DNA from: an uncultured virus (IMG/VR IMGVR_UViG_3300030010_000003) | Taxonomy: Duplodnaviria > Heunggongvirae > Uroviricota > Caudoviricetes | Direction: 5' to 3' (one strand) | Virus record (IMG/VR): IMGVR_UViG_3300030010_000003 | Length of the DNA: 64,000 nucleotides | Part shown: positions 1 through 9,274 of the stretch, piece after piece | Layout of the letters: each line of letters starts with the position of its first letter | Position numbering within the stretch: position 1 is the stretch's first letter | Position numbers and translations under genes: made by a program | The notes under the pieces: model-generated | Told to the model about the DNA's origin: nothing | Databases searched by the model: none | The model's input: the letters and a program-made list of their open reading frames with translations, nothing else

Positions 1-444
1 GGTCTTGAACGCCTCCATCAGGAAGTCCGCGCCCTCCTCCAGCATGTCGGGCTGGCCGAAGAGGAAGGACTTGTGGCTGGTGTCGAGCCCCAGCGCATGG
101 GCGTACCCGGCGTCGAAGGCCTGCTCGTAGTCGAGGTAGATGATCGAGTCGTCCGGGCCGATCCCACGGGAGGGGTCTCCGCCGCTCAGGATGACCCGCT
201 GCATCTCCACAGCGGTCTGGATGCCCAGTGTTGTCTTGCCCGAGCTGGGAGGCCCGTAGAACTCCACCGTGCGCCCCATGGGGACGCCGCCACCGATGGC
301 GTGGTTGATGGCGATGTTCCCGGTGGAGATGAACACGGTGTCCGTGGCGATGGAGTCCAGCGTGCCCACCGCGAGGTTGTACTTCTTCTCGGACTGGGCC
401 AGCAGGAGGGCGAGGCCGGAGACCTTCGGTTTTGCGACAGCCAT
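1..444 (-). CDS. recA: RecA/UvsX-like recombinase (N-terminal part; runs off the window edge)
   Basis: Translated by hand: ISTGNIAINHAIGGGVPMGRTVEFYGPPSSGKTT (RecA Walker A), YLDYEQAFDAGYAHALGLD, QPDMLEEG. Confidence 0.9.
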   Translation of the reverse strand, partial: MAVAKPKVSGLALLLAQSEKKYNLAVGTLDSIATDTVFISTGNIAINHAIGGGVPMGRTVEFYGPPSSGKTTLGIQTAVEMQRVILSGGDPSRGIGPDDSIIYLDYEQAFDAGYAHALGLDTSHKSFLFGQPDMLEEGADFLMEAFKT

Positions 445-453
445 GAATCCTTC

Positions 454-1053
454 TCAGAGTGAGGCGGTGGAGACGCCGGGCATTCCCGACAGCTCCTCGA
501 ATGTGAACCGGCTACAGAACTCAGCCATCAGGAATGCGGAGATGTAGTCGGTCATCGACTTCTCCAAGACGTTGGTGTTCTTCTTGAGGACCTTCTTGCC
601 TTCCGGCAATCCGGAGACGTATTCGGAAACAAGATCCGGGGGTGTGTAGCCCAGCCTTTCAGCGTGGATTCTTGCCGTCTCGATTCGCTCTTTGTCGGAG
701 GCGGATTTCGTCAGGCCCTTGGTGGTCGCTACCTGAATGCCCGGGTAGTCCTTCATCCACACGGAGGGACCCATGAACAGGGTCTTGCTCACGCTCTGGG
801 TGACCGACAGGTAGGACAGCAGGGCTCCCTGCAACCGCAGCACGGGCTTGATCATCATCTGGTTGGAGATGCCGTAGGGCACGTCCTCCACGACCACGAT
901 GTCAGCTTCGTCGGCGGCGTACGCGATCTCCCGGAGGAAGCGCAGTGGGGGCTTGTCCCGGGAGTCGAACTGGGCGGTGACCCCACCACCAGCCCCCCGC
1001 AGGATCACTGCGGAGAGCTTGGCGGCGAGATCCACCGAGAGGATCAGGCTCAC
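454..1053 (-). CDS. RuvC-like Holliday junction resolvase (putative)
   Basis: ILSVDLAAK and VVVEDVP acidic RNase H-fold motifs, PSVWMK, C-terminal TDYISA; lies between SSB and RecA. Confidence 0.65.
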   Translation of the reverse strand: MSLILSVDLAAKLSAVILRGAGGGVTAQFDSRDKPPLRFLREIAYAADEADIVVVEDVPYGISNQMMIKPVLRLQGALLSYLSVTQSVSKTLFMGPSVWMKDYPGIQVATTKGLTKSASDKERIETARIHAERLGYTPPDLVSEYVSGLPEGKKVLKKNTNVLEKSMTDYISAFLMAEFCSRFTFEELSGMPGVSTASL

Positions 1054-2174
1054 ACCAGACCAGCGAGCAGGTCGTCGAAGTTGTCGACGGCGGGCTCGGC
1101 AGCAGCCTTGGCAGGGGCCTTGGTTGCAGCCTTGGCGGGGGCCTTCTTGACCGGCTCTGCCACCTTGGTCTCCTCCAGCCCCGCAAGGAGGTCGTCGGAG
1201 GTTTCCTCGGTGGCTTCCTCAGCCAGCTCCTCAGCGGGCTCTTCGACCGGCTCCTCAGCCGGGTCGTCGCCGATGCCTGCGAGCAGGTCGTCGGTCAGCA
1301 CGTCGGGCAGCTCATCGAGCATCTCCCCCGTGTCGAGGTTGACCTCGTCGTCGCTGATGCCAACGCCGCCGATGCCATCCAGCAGGCCGTTGAGGTCGTC
1401 TTCCAGACCCTCGGTGGATGCAGCCTGAGCAGCCACACCCTTGACCTGATTCCACGCCTCCATGACGGCGGCGATGTCCTGCTGGACCCACTGGAGCTGC
1501 TTCGGCGAACCGCAGGCGATGGTCAGATCGGGGATCTGGTTCTCGCGGAAGGAGAGCGCCGTCATGGTCTGACGCTCCTTGTCGCCCAGCCACTCGGCGT
1601 TCGCCGCGACGGCGATGTCGAACTGCTGGAAGTTCTCGCTGGAGCACGGGCCGAGGAGCAGGTCGTGCTTGCGCAGGTCGGTCCACTCCTTCTTGGCGTC
1701 GATCAGCTTGTTGAACACCTTGTCGGCGAAGCCCCACACGAGGACCTCGACCGAGTACGGCGTCTGGAGCGTGGTGGTCCCGGCCTTGGTGCGGTAGCGG
1801 ATCACGTGCATGGCGTAGCGGCGCTGCGGCTCCTGCGCGTAGTCGGGGAAGTCCTTGGCCAGCTTGCACATCGGGCAGTTCTTGGGGTCGCTGCCCTTCT
1901 CGCCGAGGATGGTGGCGTCGCCCATGCAGATCGCCTTGGTGATGAAGTCGGTCTTGTAGTCCTCGAACGTGGACTTGTCCTTGCGCTCCTTGGTCTCCAT
2001 CTGCACGACGCCGTTGATGATCTGCGGCTTGCGGAGGGTGTGGACGAACTCCATGACGGGGTTCTCCAGACCAACGAGGATGCGGGCGCGCTCCCCGTTC
2101 TTGAGCTTGAGCTTCGGGTAGTCGTAGTTCGTGACTGCAACCCTGTTCTCTTCCTCGAATGTGACTCTGGGCAT
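1050..2174 (-). CDS. gp32-like single-stranded DNA-binding protein
   Basis: KLKLKNGERARIL, H...C...CPMC zinc ligands, PQRRYAMHVI, long acidic C-terminal tail. Confidence 0.75.
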   Translation of the reverse strand: MPRVTFEEENRVAVTNYDYPKLKLKNGERARILVGLENPVMEFVHTLRKPQIINGVVQMETKERKDKSTFEDYKTDFITKAICMGDATILGEKGSDPKNCPMCKLAKDFPDYAQEPQRRYAMHVIRYRTKAGTTTLQTPYSVEVLVWGFADKVFNKLIDAKKEWTDLRKHDLLLGPCSSENFQQFDIAVAANAEWLGDKERQTMTALSFRENQIPDLTIACGSPKQLQWVQQDIAAVMEAWNQVKGVAAQAASTEGLEDDLNGLLDGIGGVGISDDEVNLDTGEMLDELPDVLTDDLLAGIGDDPAEEPVEEPAEELAEEATEETSDDLLAGLEETKVAEPVKKAPAKAATKAPAKAAAEPAVDNFDDLLAGLV

Positions 2175-2230
2175 CTGTCTCTTTCTTGTTTCCCGGGAGC
2201 CGGATAGTTCCGGACTCGTTGGCTTCTAAC

Positions 2231-2240
2231 TAATGGTACG
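2231..2240 (-). promoter_or_regulatory. Middle-class promoter motif variant (CGTACCATTA)
   Basis: Variant of repeated GGCGTACCAGTA in the intergenic gap upstream of SSB. Confidence 0.5.
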
Positions 2241-2269
2241 GATCAGCACTGACAATCCGCAGAATGACG

Positions 2270-2776
2270 TCACCGTTCCAGCGAGGACTCGAACTGGAGG
2301 GCGTGGAGCGAGGCGCGCAGGTCCTTGCGGATGGCGTCCAGCTGCCAGTGAACCTGTGAAATCACTTCGTGGGCATCATTGGTAACCGATACCAATCTGT
2401 CCCTAAGATAAGCCACCCTTCTTTCCTCAAACGAATCCAGCTTGGCGTCGGCTGCCCGCTCGGCGGCGGAGGAGAACTCGGTCCTCTTCGCCCCCCGGAT
2501 CTGGGTGGCCTGCATCAGGGCTCGGTCAGCGGTGAAGGCTGCCTCCTCCTTGGCCCTACGTGCCCGGCCCCGAGCGAGGGTGACCTTGCTCAGCAGCTCG
2601 TCGACCCGGTCGGCGCGTGCCCTGACCCGCAGCAGCAGGTCGGTCATCTCCGCGATGCTCTCCTGCTCAGCACCGCGCAGCCTGCCCTTGGGGTCCCCTG
2701 CCTCACCGTGGCGAAGCTCCAGCGTCTCAGTGACCCACGCCATGATCTGGGCCTCGAAGTCGGACTCGTTGCTCAT
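2270..2776 (-). CDS. Helical protein, possibly UvsY-like recombination mediator
   Basis: 168 aa coiled-coil character; located between polymerase and SSB/RecA. Confidence 0.35.
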   Translation of the reverse strand: MSNESDFEAQIMAWVTETLELRHGEAGDPKGRLRGAEQESIAEMTDLLLRVRARADRVDELLSKVTLARGRARRAKEEAAFTADRALMQATQIRGAKRTEFSSAAERAADAKLDSFEERRVAYLRDRLVSVTNDAHEVISQVHWQLDAIRKDLRASLHALQFESSLER

Positions 2777-5382
2777 ACCAGCATCCCTGCCATCACGTCG
2801 TCGGCGTCGGCCACGTCGTCAGCGATCACCAGACCGGCCCCTCCGAGGATGAGGCTGATGGCTGGCTGATCGTCCGGGGAGATCCGGAACGTGCCGTCGA
2901 GCGTGACGACACCCTCCGGGGTCTCGACCTTGACCGTGTCCACACCCTGCCGGAAGTCGAGGTAGGTGGTGAACTTCAGCCACTGCTCCTCGTCGGGCAT
3001 CTCGGAGATGGTCACCGTGGCGGTCTTGGGGGGCAGCAGTGCGGCGTTGTGCTCCGCGCTGTGGAACCACCCCGGGTCCTCCTCCTCAGGCTCCACAGCG
3101 GCAACGTCGGGCTGCTGGGAGGCATCTGCGGGTTCGGGCAGGGAGAAGTCTGGGTTGCGGGTGGCGTAGTACGGGGCGGAGAAGCCGAAGAAGCCTGCCT
3201 CCCACGCGTAGTACTGGTCCAGCACCTCGTGCAGCGTGGAGCCCTCCCAGTAGTGGGACTCCTTCAGCCACGGCAGCTCCACCTCGATGTCGAAGCTCTT
3301 GATCTGCTTGTTCTCGTCGAGCCGGACCTCGGTCTGGGCACCCCACTGGTAGCCCTCGTGCCAGTCCGCCCGGATCTCCAGCGGGAAGCCGGGCACCGGG
3401 AAGTTGACGCAGGGCTCGATCAGGTCGATGACCTGCTGGGTGGAGACGGACTCGTGGACGAGGAACTCCAGCGCGTCGTGGACGGTCAGGGTCATCCGGA
3501 CGAGGTCCTCCAGCCCGGCCTCCTTGATGGCCTTCTTGGCACGGACCATGGCGATCTTGAGGATGTCGGCGGCGGTGCCCTGAATCGGTGCGTTGACCGA
3601 CATCCGGTCACCCTTGGCCTTGATCCACTCCTTGGGCTGGTAGTGCTCCCAGATGGTGTAGAGCCGACCGAAGTGGGTGCGGACCTCCTTGGACTCACGA
3701 CCGTGCGCCTTCTGGCTGGCGATCCAATCGGCCAGCGCTGGGTACCCAGCGAAGTAGTCCTCCAGCATCTGCTCGGCGTCCTCCTTGGTCACCGGGTCGG
3801 AGGGGCTGGTCAGCATCTCGGCGATGTTCCCTGCACCGGACCCGAAGAGGGTGGCGAAGTTCAGGGTCTTGGCCGACTGCCGCTGCTTCTTGGTGACATC
3901 TTCGAGGCTGACCTTGAAGGTGGCCGAGGCGGTGGACTTGTGGAGGTCGAGCCCGTTGTTGAAGGCGTCGATGATCTTGCGCTCACCGGACAGGGCCCCG
4001 GCGATCCGCATCTCCACGTTGGCGTAGTCGAAGCCGACGATCCGGAAGTGGTCCGGGGAGATGAACAGGTCCCGGAAGTTGAGGTCGAAGGTGAGCCCGG
4101 ACAGCAGCTGGAAGTGGTACGGCTTGGGCCACTGCTGGTAGCTGACCTGATCCACCGAGAGCCGCCCGGTGAGGGCACCGAACTGGTTGTGGTTGGGGAA
4201 GACGTAGCCGGTGCCGGAGTAGCCCAGCTCGTTGATGAACTTGGTCAGGTAGGACCCGTTGAGCTTCACCACCTGCCGGTACTCAAGGATCATCTTGATG
4301 ATCGGGTCGGACTTGGCAATCACCTTCAGGGCGTCGTCGCTGGTGCTGGGTGCCCCGGTCTTCTCCGAGCGCACCTTCACTGGCAGGCCGAGGCCGTCGG
4401 GCTTCTCGTCGAACAGGACCTTGGCCAGCTGCGGGACCGAGTTCAGGTTGATGTTGATGGTCTTGTTCAGCCGCTTGCCCAGCTGGTCCTGAATCTCCTC
4501 ACCCATGAGGGTGGCGAAGCGCAGGGCCTCCTCGGACTTCTTGCGGACGTTGGGCCAGTGGAAGAACATGTTGCCGGAGGCGACCCCGGTCTCCGGATCG
4601 ATGACCCCGGCCTCCATCTCCACCAGTCCCGGGAGCAGGGCCATCTCGGTCTTGAAGATGAACGTGTCCTTGAGGGCCTCGTAGTGCTTCTCCCAGACCA
4701 TGAAGGAGGCGACGGAGTCCTCACAGGCGTAGCCCACGATCACGGGGCTGTAGGAGTTGCGGGTGTTGAACCGGATGTACGGCTTGCCACCCCGCTTCAT
4801 GGCCGGGCCGAGGTCGGTGTCAGTGGTGGGGAAGAGGTCGTCGAAGTGGGTCATCTCCATGCCGAACGCGGCCTTGGCCACCGACTTCAGGTCCTTGCCG
4901 ACGCGGAGCGGGTCGTAGCAGGCGGCGAGCCAGACCAGCAGCATCGTGTCAGCGAGGATCGGGAACATGCCCTTGGTGCGTCGGATCTCTTCGCCCAGCT
5001 CGTCGTCGTTCCACAACGTTTCACGAAACCACCGGGACATGCCCTTGAGTTCGTAGGCTGCGTTGTGGGCGATCCCCTGCCCGGAGCTGAGCAGCCGCCA
5101 CAAGGCGCGGGCCACCGGGACGATGTCGTCGATGTTGCCGCCGCTGTCGTGGGCGAAGGGGATGTAGCGGGCCCACTCGGTGGAGACCGTGAAGGAGATG
5201 CCGACCACGAGGTAGTCGGGGTGGTACTGCTGGAGGGAGACACCCTTCTTGTCGTCCCCGGTGTAGCCCGCCTCGATGTCGAAGTCGAAGGGCTTACCGC
5301 TGGCTGTGATCCGGTCGATGAAGGAGACCGCACCCTTGGACCCGTAGGCCTCCCGGAGGGCTCCGTAGTTGCGAGTGGTCAC
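2773..5382 (-). CDS. polA: Family A DNA polymerase (3'-5' exo + pol) with an extra C-terminal domain
   Basis: Exo DIEAG, HNAAYE, YACED; pol TGRLS, motif A DYANVEMRI, motif B RQSAKTLNF, NAPIQGTAADI, motif C VHDAL. Confidence 0.95.
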   Translation of the reverse strand: MTTRNYGALREAYGSKGAVSFIDRITASGKPFDFDIEAGYTGDDKKGVSLQQYHPDYLVVGISFTVSTEWARYIPFAHDSGGNIDDIVPVARALWRLLSSGQGIAHNAAYELKGMSRWFRETLWNDDELGEEIRRTKGMFPILADTMLLVWLAACYDPLRVGKDLKSVAKAAFGMEMTHFDDLFPTTDTDLGPAMKRGGKPYIRFNTRNSYSPVIVGYACEDSVASFMVWEKHYEALKDTFIFKTEMALLPGLVEMEAGVIDPETGVASGNMFFHWPNVRKKSEEALRFATLMGEEIQDQLGKRLNKTININLNSVPQLAKVLFDEKPDGLGLPVKVRSEKTGAPSTSDDALKVIAKSDPIIKMILEYRQVVKLNGSYLTKFINELGYSGTGYVFPNHNQFGALTGRLSVDQVSYQQWPKPYHFQLLSGLTFDLNFRDLFISPDHFRIVGFDYANVEMRIAGALSGERKIIDAFNNGLDLHKSTASATFKVSLEDVTKKQRQSAKTLNFATLFGSGAGNIAEMLTSPSDPVTKEDAEQMLEDYFAGYPALADWIASQKAHGRESKEVRTHFGRLYTIWEHYQPKEWIKAKGDRMSVNAPIQGTAADILKIAMVRAKKAIKEAGLEDLVRMTLTVHDALEFLVHESVSTQQVIDLIEPCVNFPVPGFPLEIRADWHEGYQWGAQTEVRLDENKQIKSFDIEVELPWLKESHYWEGSTLHEVLDQYYAWEAGFFGFSAPYYATRNPDFSLPEPADASQQPDVAAVEPEEEDPGWFHSAEHNAALLPPKTATVTISEMPDEEQWLKFTTYLDFRQGVDTVKVETPEGVVTLDGTFRISPDDQPAISLILGGAGLVIADDVADADDVMAGMLV

Positions 5383-5570
5383 TTGGTCGGCGGGAAGGTG
5401 TAGGTGTTCTGGGTCAGGGGAGCCTGCGGGACCTCAGCTGAGCCCGCACTCTTCATGGCTGCCTTGACACCTGCTCCTGCCACCGCGATGGCGAACGACA
5501 GCGGCACGGCCAGCGCTACGAGAGCGATGCCTGCCTGCGCCAGCAGGATCCAGTACGTTGCCCAGTCCAT
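5379..5570 (-). CDS. Small membrane protein
   Basis: 63 aa with hydrophobic N-terminus; AAGGAG RBS; stop overlaps polA start. Confidence 0.6.
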   Translation of the reverse strand: MDWATYWILLAQAGIALVALAVPLSFAIAVAGAGVKAAMKSAGSAEVPQAPLTQNTYTFPPTK

Positions 5571-5603
5571 GTCAGTTCTCCTTGATCTGCGGGGTGCTCC
5601 ACT

Positions 5604-5615
5604 TACTGGTACGCC
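5604..5615 (-). promoter_or_regulatory. Middle-class promoter motif GGCGTACCAGTA
   Basis: Exact copy of the repeated intergenic motif, upstream of the polA unit. Confidence 0.7.
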
Positions 5616-6650
5616 TCACCAGAACGCCACGACAACTTCGAGCAGACCCGTTGTCTGCCCGGAGCGGTAGGCCTCGTCGACCACGGCCAGCGTCCTGCGG
5701 ATCGCGAGCCTGCGCTTGGCGTTGTAGTGCTTGGAGACGTTCATCAGCTCGGTGAGCAGGAACGCCTGCGGACCCAGAGCCTTGGCCATGTCGCCGGGTG
5801 ACTTGTGGTCCACCTGCATGTCATGGATCATCCCAGCCTTGTCGAGCTTCGCGTCCAGCAGGCCGATGATGCGCCCGACCTCCTCGCGAGGGATCGACTC
5901 GGCGGCGAGCAGTGCGGTCTTGCGGTCCAGCGCCAGCAGGGCGTCGGTGAAGCTGTCCCGGGGCTGCTCGGCCAGCAGGGTGTTGACCACTGAGATGGTG
6001 ATCTCACCGGGGAACACGGCGAGCTTCAGGCAGATGTCGCGGACCAGCCGCAGGTTCCAGTTCGAGCGGGTGAGCAGGTGCCGGGCGATGCCGTCCCGCA
6101 TGGGGGCCTTCGACTGGACCCACTCCACGGAGCGCAGCGCGGTGGCCGAGGTGAACGGCTTGCACTCCACCACGTGGCCCTTGGATCCGATACAGGCTAT
6201 GTGCGGGAGGGGCTCCGGGCGGGTACCGTGTCTGCGCTCCTCCGGGGTGGGCTCGGTCTTCGGAACAGCCGCCTCGGAGGAGACCATGACCACGTAGGTC
6301 CGGGGGTTGCGCGAGCGGTCCTTGACCCACTGCACGAAGCGGTCCCACTCATGGATCTTCTCGACGTGCCGGACGATCACCAGCCGGGGTGAGGTGTCCA
6401 TCGGGTGCTGGTCCAGCGCGGCCCAGATGTCCCGCTCAGAATCATCTCCGGCCACGAGGCTGACCCGGTTCCACGGCTCGGGGGCGAGGAACTCCGAGAC
6501 GCTCCGGACGACCTCCTCCACAAGCACGACCTCCGGCCCGCACACCCACGTGATCTGCCGGGGCTCAGGGGTCTTCTTGGTCCCGGTCAGCCAGCCACTG
6601 AAGGTGGCGATGTCAGACCTCCCTCTTCTTACGAGGACGACGCTTAGCAT
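5616..6650 (-). CDS. holA: DNA polymerase III delta (HolA)-like clamp-loader subunit; start uncertain
   Basis: WVCGPEVVLVEE, QHPMDTSPRLVIVRHVEK, LLTRSNWNLRLVRDICLKL and FTDALLALD follow the delta pattern. Confidence 0.75.
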   Translation of the reverse strand: MLSVVLVRRGRSDIATFSGWLTGTKKTPEPRQITWVCGPEVVLVEEVVRSVSEFLAPEPWNRVSLVAGDDSERDIWAALDQHPMDTSPRLVIVRHVEKIHEWDRFVQWVKDRSRNPRTYVVMVSSEAAVPKTEPTPEERRHGTRPEPLPHIACIGSKGHVVECKPFTSATALRSVEWVQSKAPMRDGIARHLLTRSNWNLRLVRDICLKLAVFPGEITISVVNTLLAEQPRDSFTDALLALDRKTALLAAESIPREEVGRIIGLLDAKLDKAGMIHDMQVDHKSPGDMAKALGPQAFLLTELMNVSKHYNAKRRLAIRRTLAVVDEAYRSGQTTGLLEVVVAFW

Positions 6651-7080
6651 CGTTGATCCTCTGACACCCCAAGCAGTACGGAGCGCCGGTCGACTTGATC
6701 CGCTCGAACTCAGCGCGAAGGTGGAGACCTCTCTTGCACATCTCTGTCCGGTGGACGTCGTGCATCCGCTGGCGGTTGACCTTCAGGGTCACGAGTTCAA
6801 GATGACCTTCCCTGACGCAGTCCCGCTGCAAGCAGAGGTGGTCAATCTCGTCCTCGCGACCCACCACGGCGCTGCGGATGTGCTGCTCTCCGTGAAGCAG
6901 TCCGTAGGAGTACCGGTGGGCCTTCACAGCACGCGGGCCGGAGTTGTCATCGCGCTGGAGATCGAACACCCCGTACCCATTCACCTTCCTGCCGGTCCAG
7001 ATCACGCAGGGAGTGATGTACCCCCGGTCTTCATCAAGGGTCTTGGCGAAGAAGCGCCGGATTTCCTGTGTAGGTCTCAT
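6613..7080 (-). CDS. HNH homing endonuclease
   Basis: CVIWTG..NGYG, KAHRYSY, IDHLCLQRDCVREGHLELVTLKVN, C-terminal CKRG..CLGC; ATG overlaps the upstream stop. Confidence 0.9.
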   Translation of the reverse strand: MRPTQEIRRFFAKTLDEDRGYITPCVIWTGRKVNGYGVFDLQRDDNSGPRAVKAHRYSYGLLHGEQHIRSAVVGREDEIDHLCLQRDCVREGHLELVTLKVNRQRMHDVHRTEMCKRGLHLRAEFERIKSTGAPYCLGCQRINDAKRRPRKKREV

Positions 7081-7370
7081 CAGGCGTGCGGCAGGACCCG
7101 GACGCACTGGGCGCAGGCCACACCGCTCACCGGCAGCATCGGGTTGTCGGAGAACTGGACCTTGGAGACCCAGTCCTGCCGCTTGACGATGTGGTCGAAG
7201 TTGATCGTGCACACCCCGCCGTAGACAGCCTGAAAGCGGCGTCCGATCAGCTCGAACTCCTGCACATCAGCGTTTCCGAAAACAGCCACGGGTTCCTCCT
7301 TGATGCCCTGACAGTGGGCGCACGAATACTTCGGCATGTCGGTCTTCTCGCACAGCTCTTCGCTCACCAC
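7080..7370 (-). CDS. Small Cys-rich (zinc-binding) protein
   Basis: CEKT..CAHC and C..H..CAQC motifs; overlapping stop/start with neighbours. Confidence 0.6.
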   Translation of the reverse strand: MVSEELCEKTDMPKYSCAHCQGIKEEPVAVFGNADVQEFELIGRRFQAVYGGVCTINFDHIVKRQDWVSKVQFSDNPMLPVSGVACAQCVRVLPHA

Positions 7371-8140
7371 TCGCTCCTCAGCACGCCCATCAAGCTGGAG
7401 CGTACGACCAGCCTCGGACGTATCCCGGGGCCTAGCGCGATCAGGATCCGCAGGGGCAGCTTCCTGCCGATGCCCTCGATCTCCTCAGAGTTGAAGATCC
7501 GGTAGCGCCCGGAGATGGCCTCGGTGCATAGCGTCACCATGAGTTCGGAGTGCTCGTCGCTCCACTTCACGGCGAGGTCGTCCAGAGTGTCGGGGTCCCT
7601 CTCGGTGATCGCACGCAGGGCCGACAGCACGACCTGCTTGGTGTCGACCGTATCGCCTCGATTGAGGGCGTTGCGCATCTGCCCCCCGGCAGCCAGTGCC
7701 AGCCTCTTGGCCTCGACCGCGCTGAAGTTCCGGTTCAGCAGGATCTCCTCCACAGCCGCGTCGGTGAGCAGCGGGAAGCGGTAGACGGTGCACCGCGAGG
7801 TGATCGTCTCAGGGGGCAGCTCAGTGTCGATCAGGATGAACTTGGTGGCCGTGGTCGAGCACTCCTCCAGCGTCTTCAGCAGCACGTTCTGGGCTGCCTC
7901 CGTGGACCGGGTGAGCCGGGCGATGACCAGCCGGGGGGAGGAGAAGTTGGACAGCACGGTGAGGTCCCGGGCGGCGTCCATGGTGAGGGCCCGGACCCGG
8001 ATGACGCCGAAGGAGTTGTAGAAGTGGCGACCGAGGGCTTCAGCGATGGTCCACTTGCCGACCGACGCAGGCCCGACGAAGAGCGAGATCGGCGGCAGGT
8101 CATCGAACATGCCCAGCACCGTGACGGGCATCTTGATCAT
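7364..8140 (-). CDS. holB: DNA polymerase III delta' (HolB)-like clamp-loader subunit
   Basis: LFVGPASVGK, AAQNVLLKTLEE, FILI, ETITSRC (SRC arginine finger), LAAGG. Confidence 0.85.
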   Translation of the reverse strand: MIKMPVTVLGMFDDLPPISLFVGPASVGKWTIAEALGRHFYNSFGVIRVRALTMDAARDLTVLSNFSSPRLVIARLTRSTEAAQNVLLKTLEECSTTATKFILIDTELPPETITSRCTVYRFPLLTDAAVEEILLNRNFSAVEAKRLALAAGGQMRNALNRGDTVDTKQVVLSALRAITERDPDTLDDLAVKWSDEHSELMVTLCTEAISGRYRIFNSEEIEGIGRKLPLRILIALGPGIRPRLVVRSSLMGVLRSEW

Positions 8141-8805
8141 GACTCGAAGACCTCATGGATCTCGGCGCGCAGGGCCTTCAGCCGGTTCCGGATCGTGGTC
8201 TCGGAGACCTCGAAGTACTGGGACAGGATTTCAACGTTGGGGCTGCCGTAGGTGACCGAGTGCTCCAAGGTCATGTTGAACAGGTCCAGCATCTCGCAGC
8301 GGCCCCGGGGGTCGGAGAGGGTGGCAAGGTGGTCCTGCACGGTGAGGACGGCATCCTCGATCATCAGCTGATCGTAGGTGTCGACGTGGGTCTCCCCGTA
8401 GTAGTCCATCCACGTGTTGTCGTCACCGGCTGGTGCGTCGAGCGAGATGGCCTCGCGAGCCTTGGTGATGATCTGGCGGTCCCGGTGGTGCCGGACGTAG
8501 ATCTTGACGAAGCCGGACAGGAAGGTCCGGAACATGGCCTTGCGGGTGACCCCACCATGGGTGGAGGTGAACTCGGGGTTGAAGTCGGCCAGCACGTCGT
8601 GGGCGAAGAACTTCTCAAGGATGGACATGGTCACGTCCGCACAGCTCTGGGAGTCGATGCCGGACTTGAAGACGATGCCCCGGACGTAAGGGTAGTAGTG
8701 GTCGAACAGCTCGGTGTAGTTGGCTGGGACGAAGTCCGGATACCTCGACGATGAGGGCCTTCCGGCCTGCGTGATGGTGCGGGGGGAAACGGTAAGACTG
8801 GGCAC
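8137..8805 (-). CDS. Phage sigma-70/ECF-like RNA polymerase sigma factor (sigma 1)
   Basis: Region 2-like YTELFDHYYPYV..CADVTMSIL..FRTFL, ISLDAP, C-terminal HTH LSQYFEVSETTIRNRL; GTG start with GGAGG RBS. Confidence 0.7.
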   Translation of the reverse strand: MPSLTVSPRTITQAGRPSSSRYPDFVPANYTELFDHYYPYVRGIVFKSGIDSQSCADVTMSILEKFFAHDVLADFNPEFTSTHGGVTRKAMFRTFLSGFVKIYVRHHRDRQIITKAREAISLDAPAGDDNTWMDYYGETHVDTYDQLMIEDAVLTVQDHLATLSDPRGRCEMLDLFNMTLEHSVTYGSPNVEILSQYFEVSETTIRNRLKALRAEIHEVFES

Positions 8806-8829
8806 AGAAATCCTCCATGGGGTGACCGA

Positions 8830-8911
8830 TAAGTTGACCGCTTGTTTCTCGTAAAACGCCAAGTGACGGACTCCTTAATGGGAGCCCGTCACTCGCTAAG
8901 CGGTCAACTTA
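8830..8911 (-). promoter_or_regulatory. Structured 5' leader of the sigma 1 gene
   Basis: Perfect 14-bp inverted repeat 8830-8843/8898-8911 enclosing a hairpin at 8862-8893. Confidence 0.6.
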
Positions 8912-8952
8912 GGCAGGAGGTGAAGGGCGTGAACCCTCCAGCTGCAAGACGA

Positions 8953-8982
8953 AGTATATCCGACCATGAGGCGTAGTGGCAA
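8953..8982 (-). promoter_or_regulatory. SigmaA-type (early) promoter TTGCCA-18-TATACT
   Basis: Near-consensus -35/-10 upstream of sigma 1. Confidence 0.65.
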
Positions 8983-9031
8983 CGGGAGTGAAGCTGTGTC
9001 TGACCATAGCCCTGAGGGGTGACATATGCAA

Positions 9032-9274
9032 CTAACGTCTGCGATCCGGGCGTGTCACAAGCAGCTCCTCCTGAAGCTCGGAAAGAGCTACCACATAACT
9101 CGGTTTGGTGCCAATGCGACACACCGTCTTCCAGCCACCCATTTTGCCCTCATTGGCCAAACGTGCACGTCGGTACGCGTGCTGTCGGGAGATGCCCAAG
9201 ATCTCTGCGGCCTCGGTGAGGTTGACCCAGCCCTCCAGCTGGGGGAGGTTCCCCAGCTTCTCGTCCGTGCTCAT
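9032..9274 (-). CDS. Small helix-turn-helix DNA-binding protein
   Basis: WVNLTEAAEILGISRQHAYRR (excisionase/MerR-like HTH). Confidence 0.75.
   Translation of the reverse strand: MSTDEKLGNLPQLEGWVNLTEAAEILGISRQHAYRRARLANEGKMGGWKTVCRIGTKPSYVVALSELQEELLVTRPDRRR

Noticed and set aside
6613..7080. HNH/EndoVII genes as parts of group I introns or inteins
   Set aside because: Both are free-standing between intact genes with no flanking intron core
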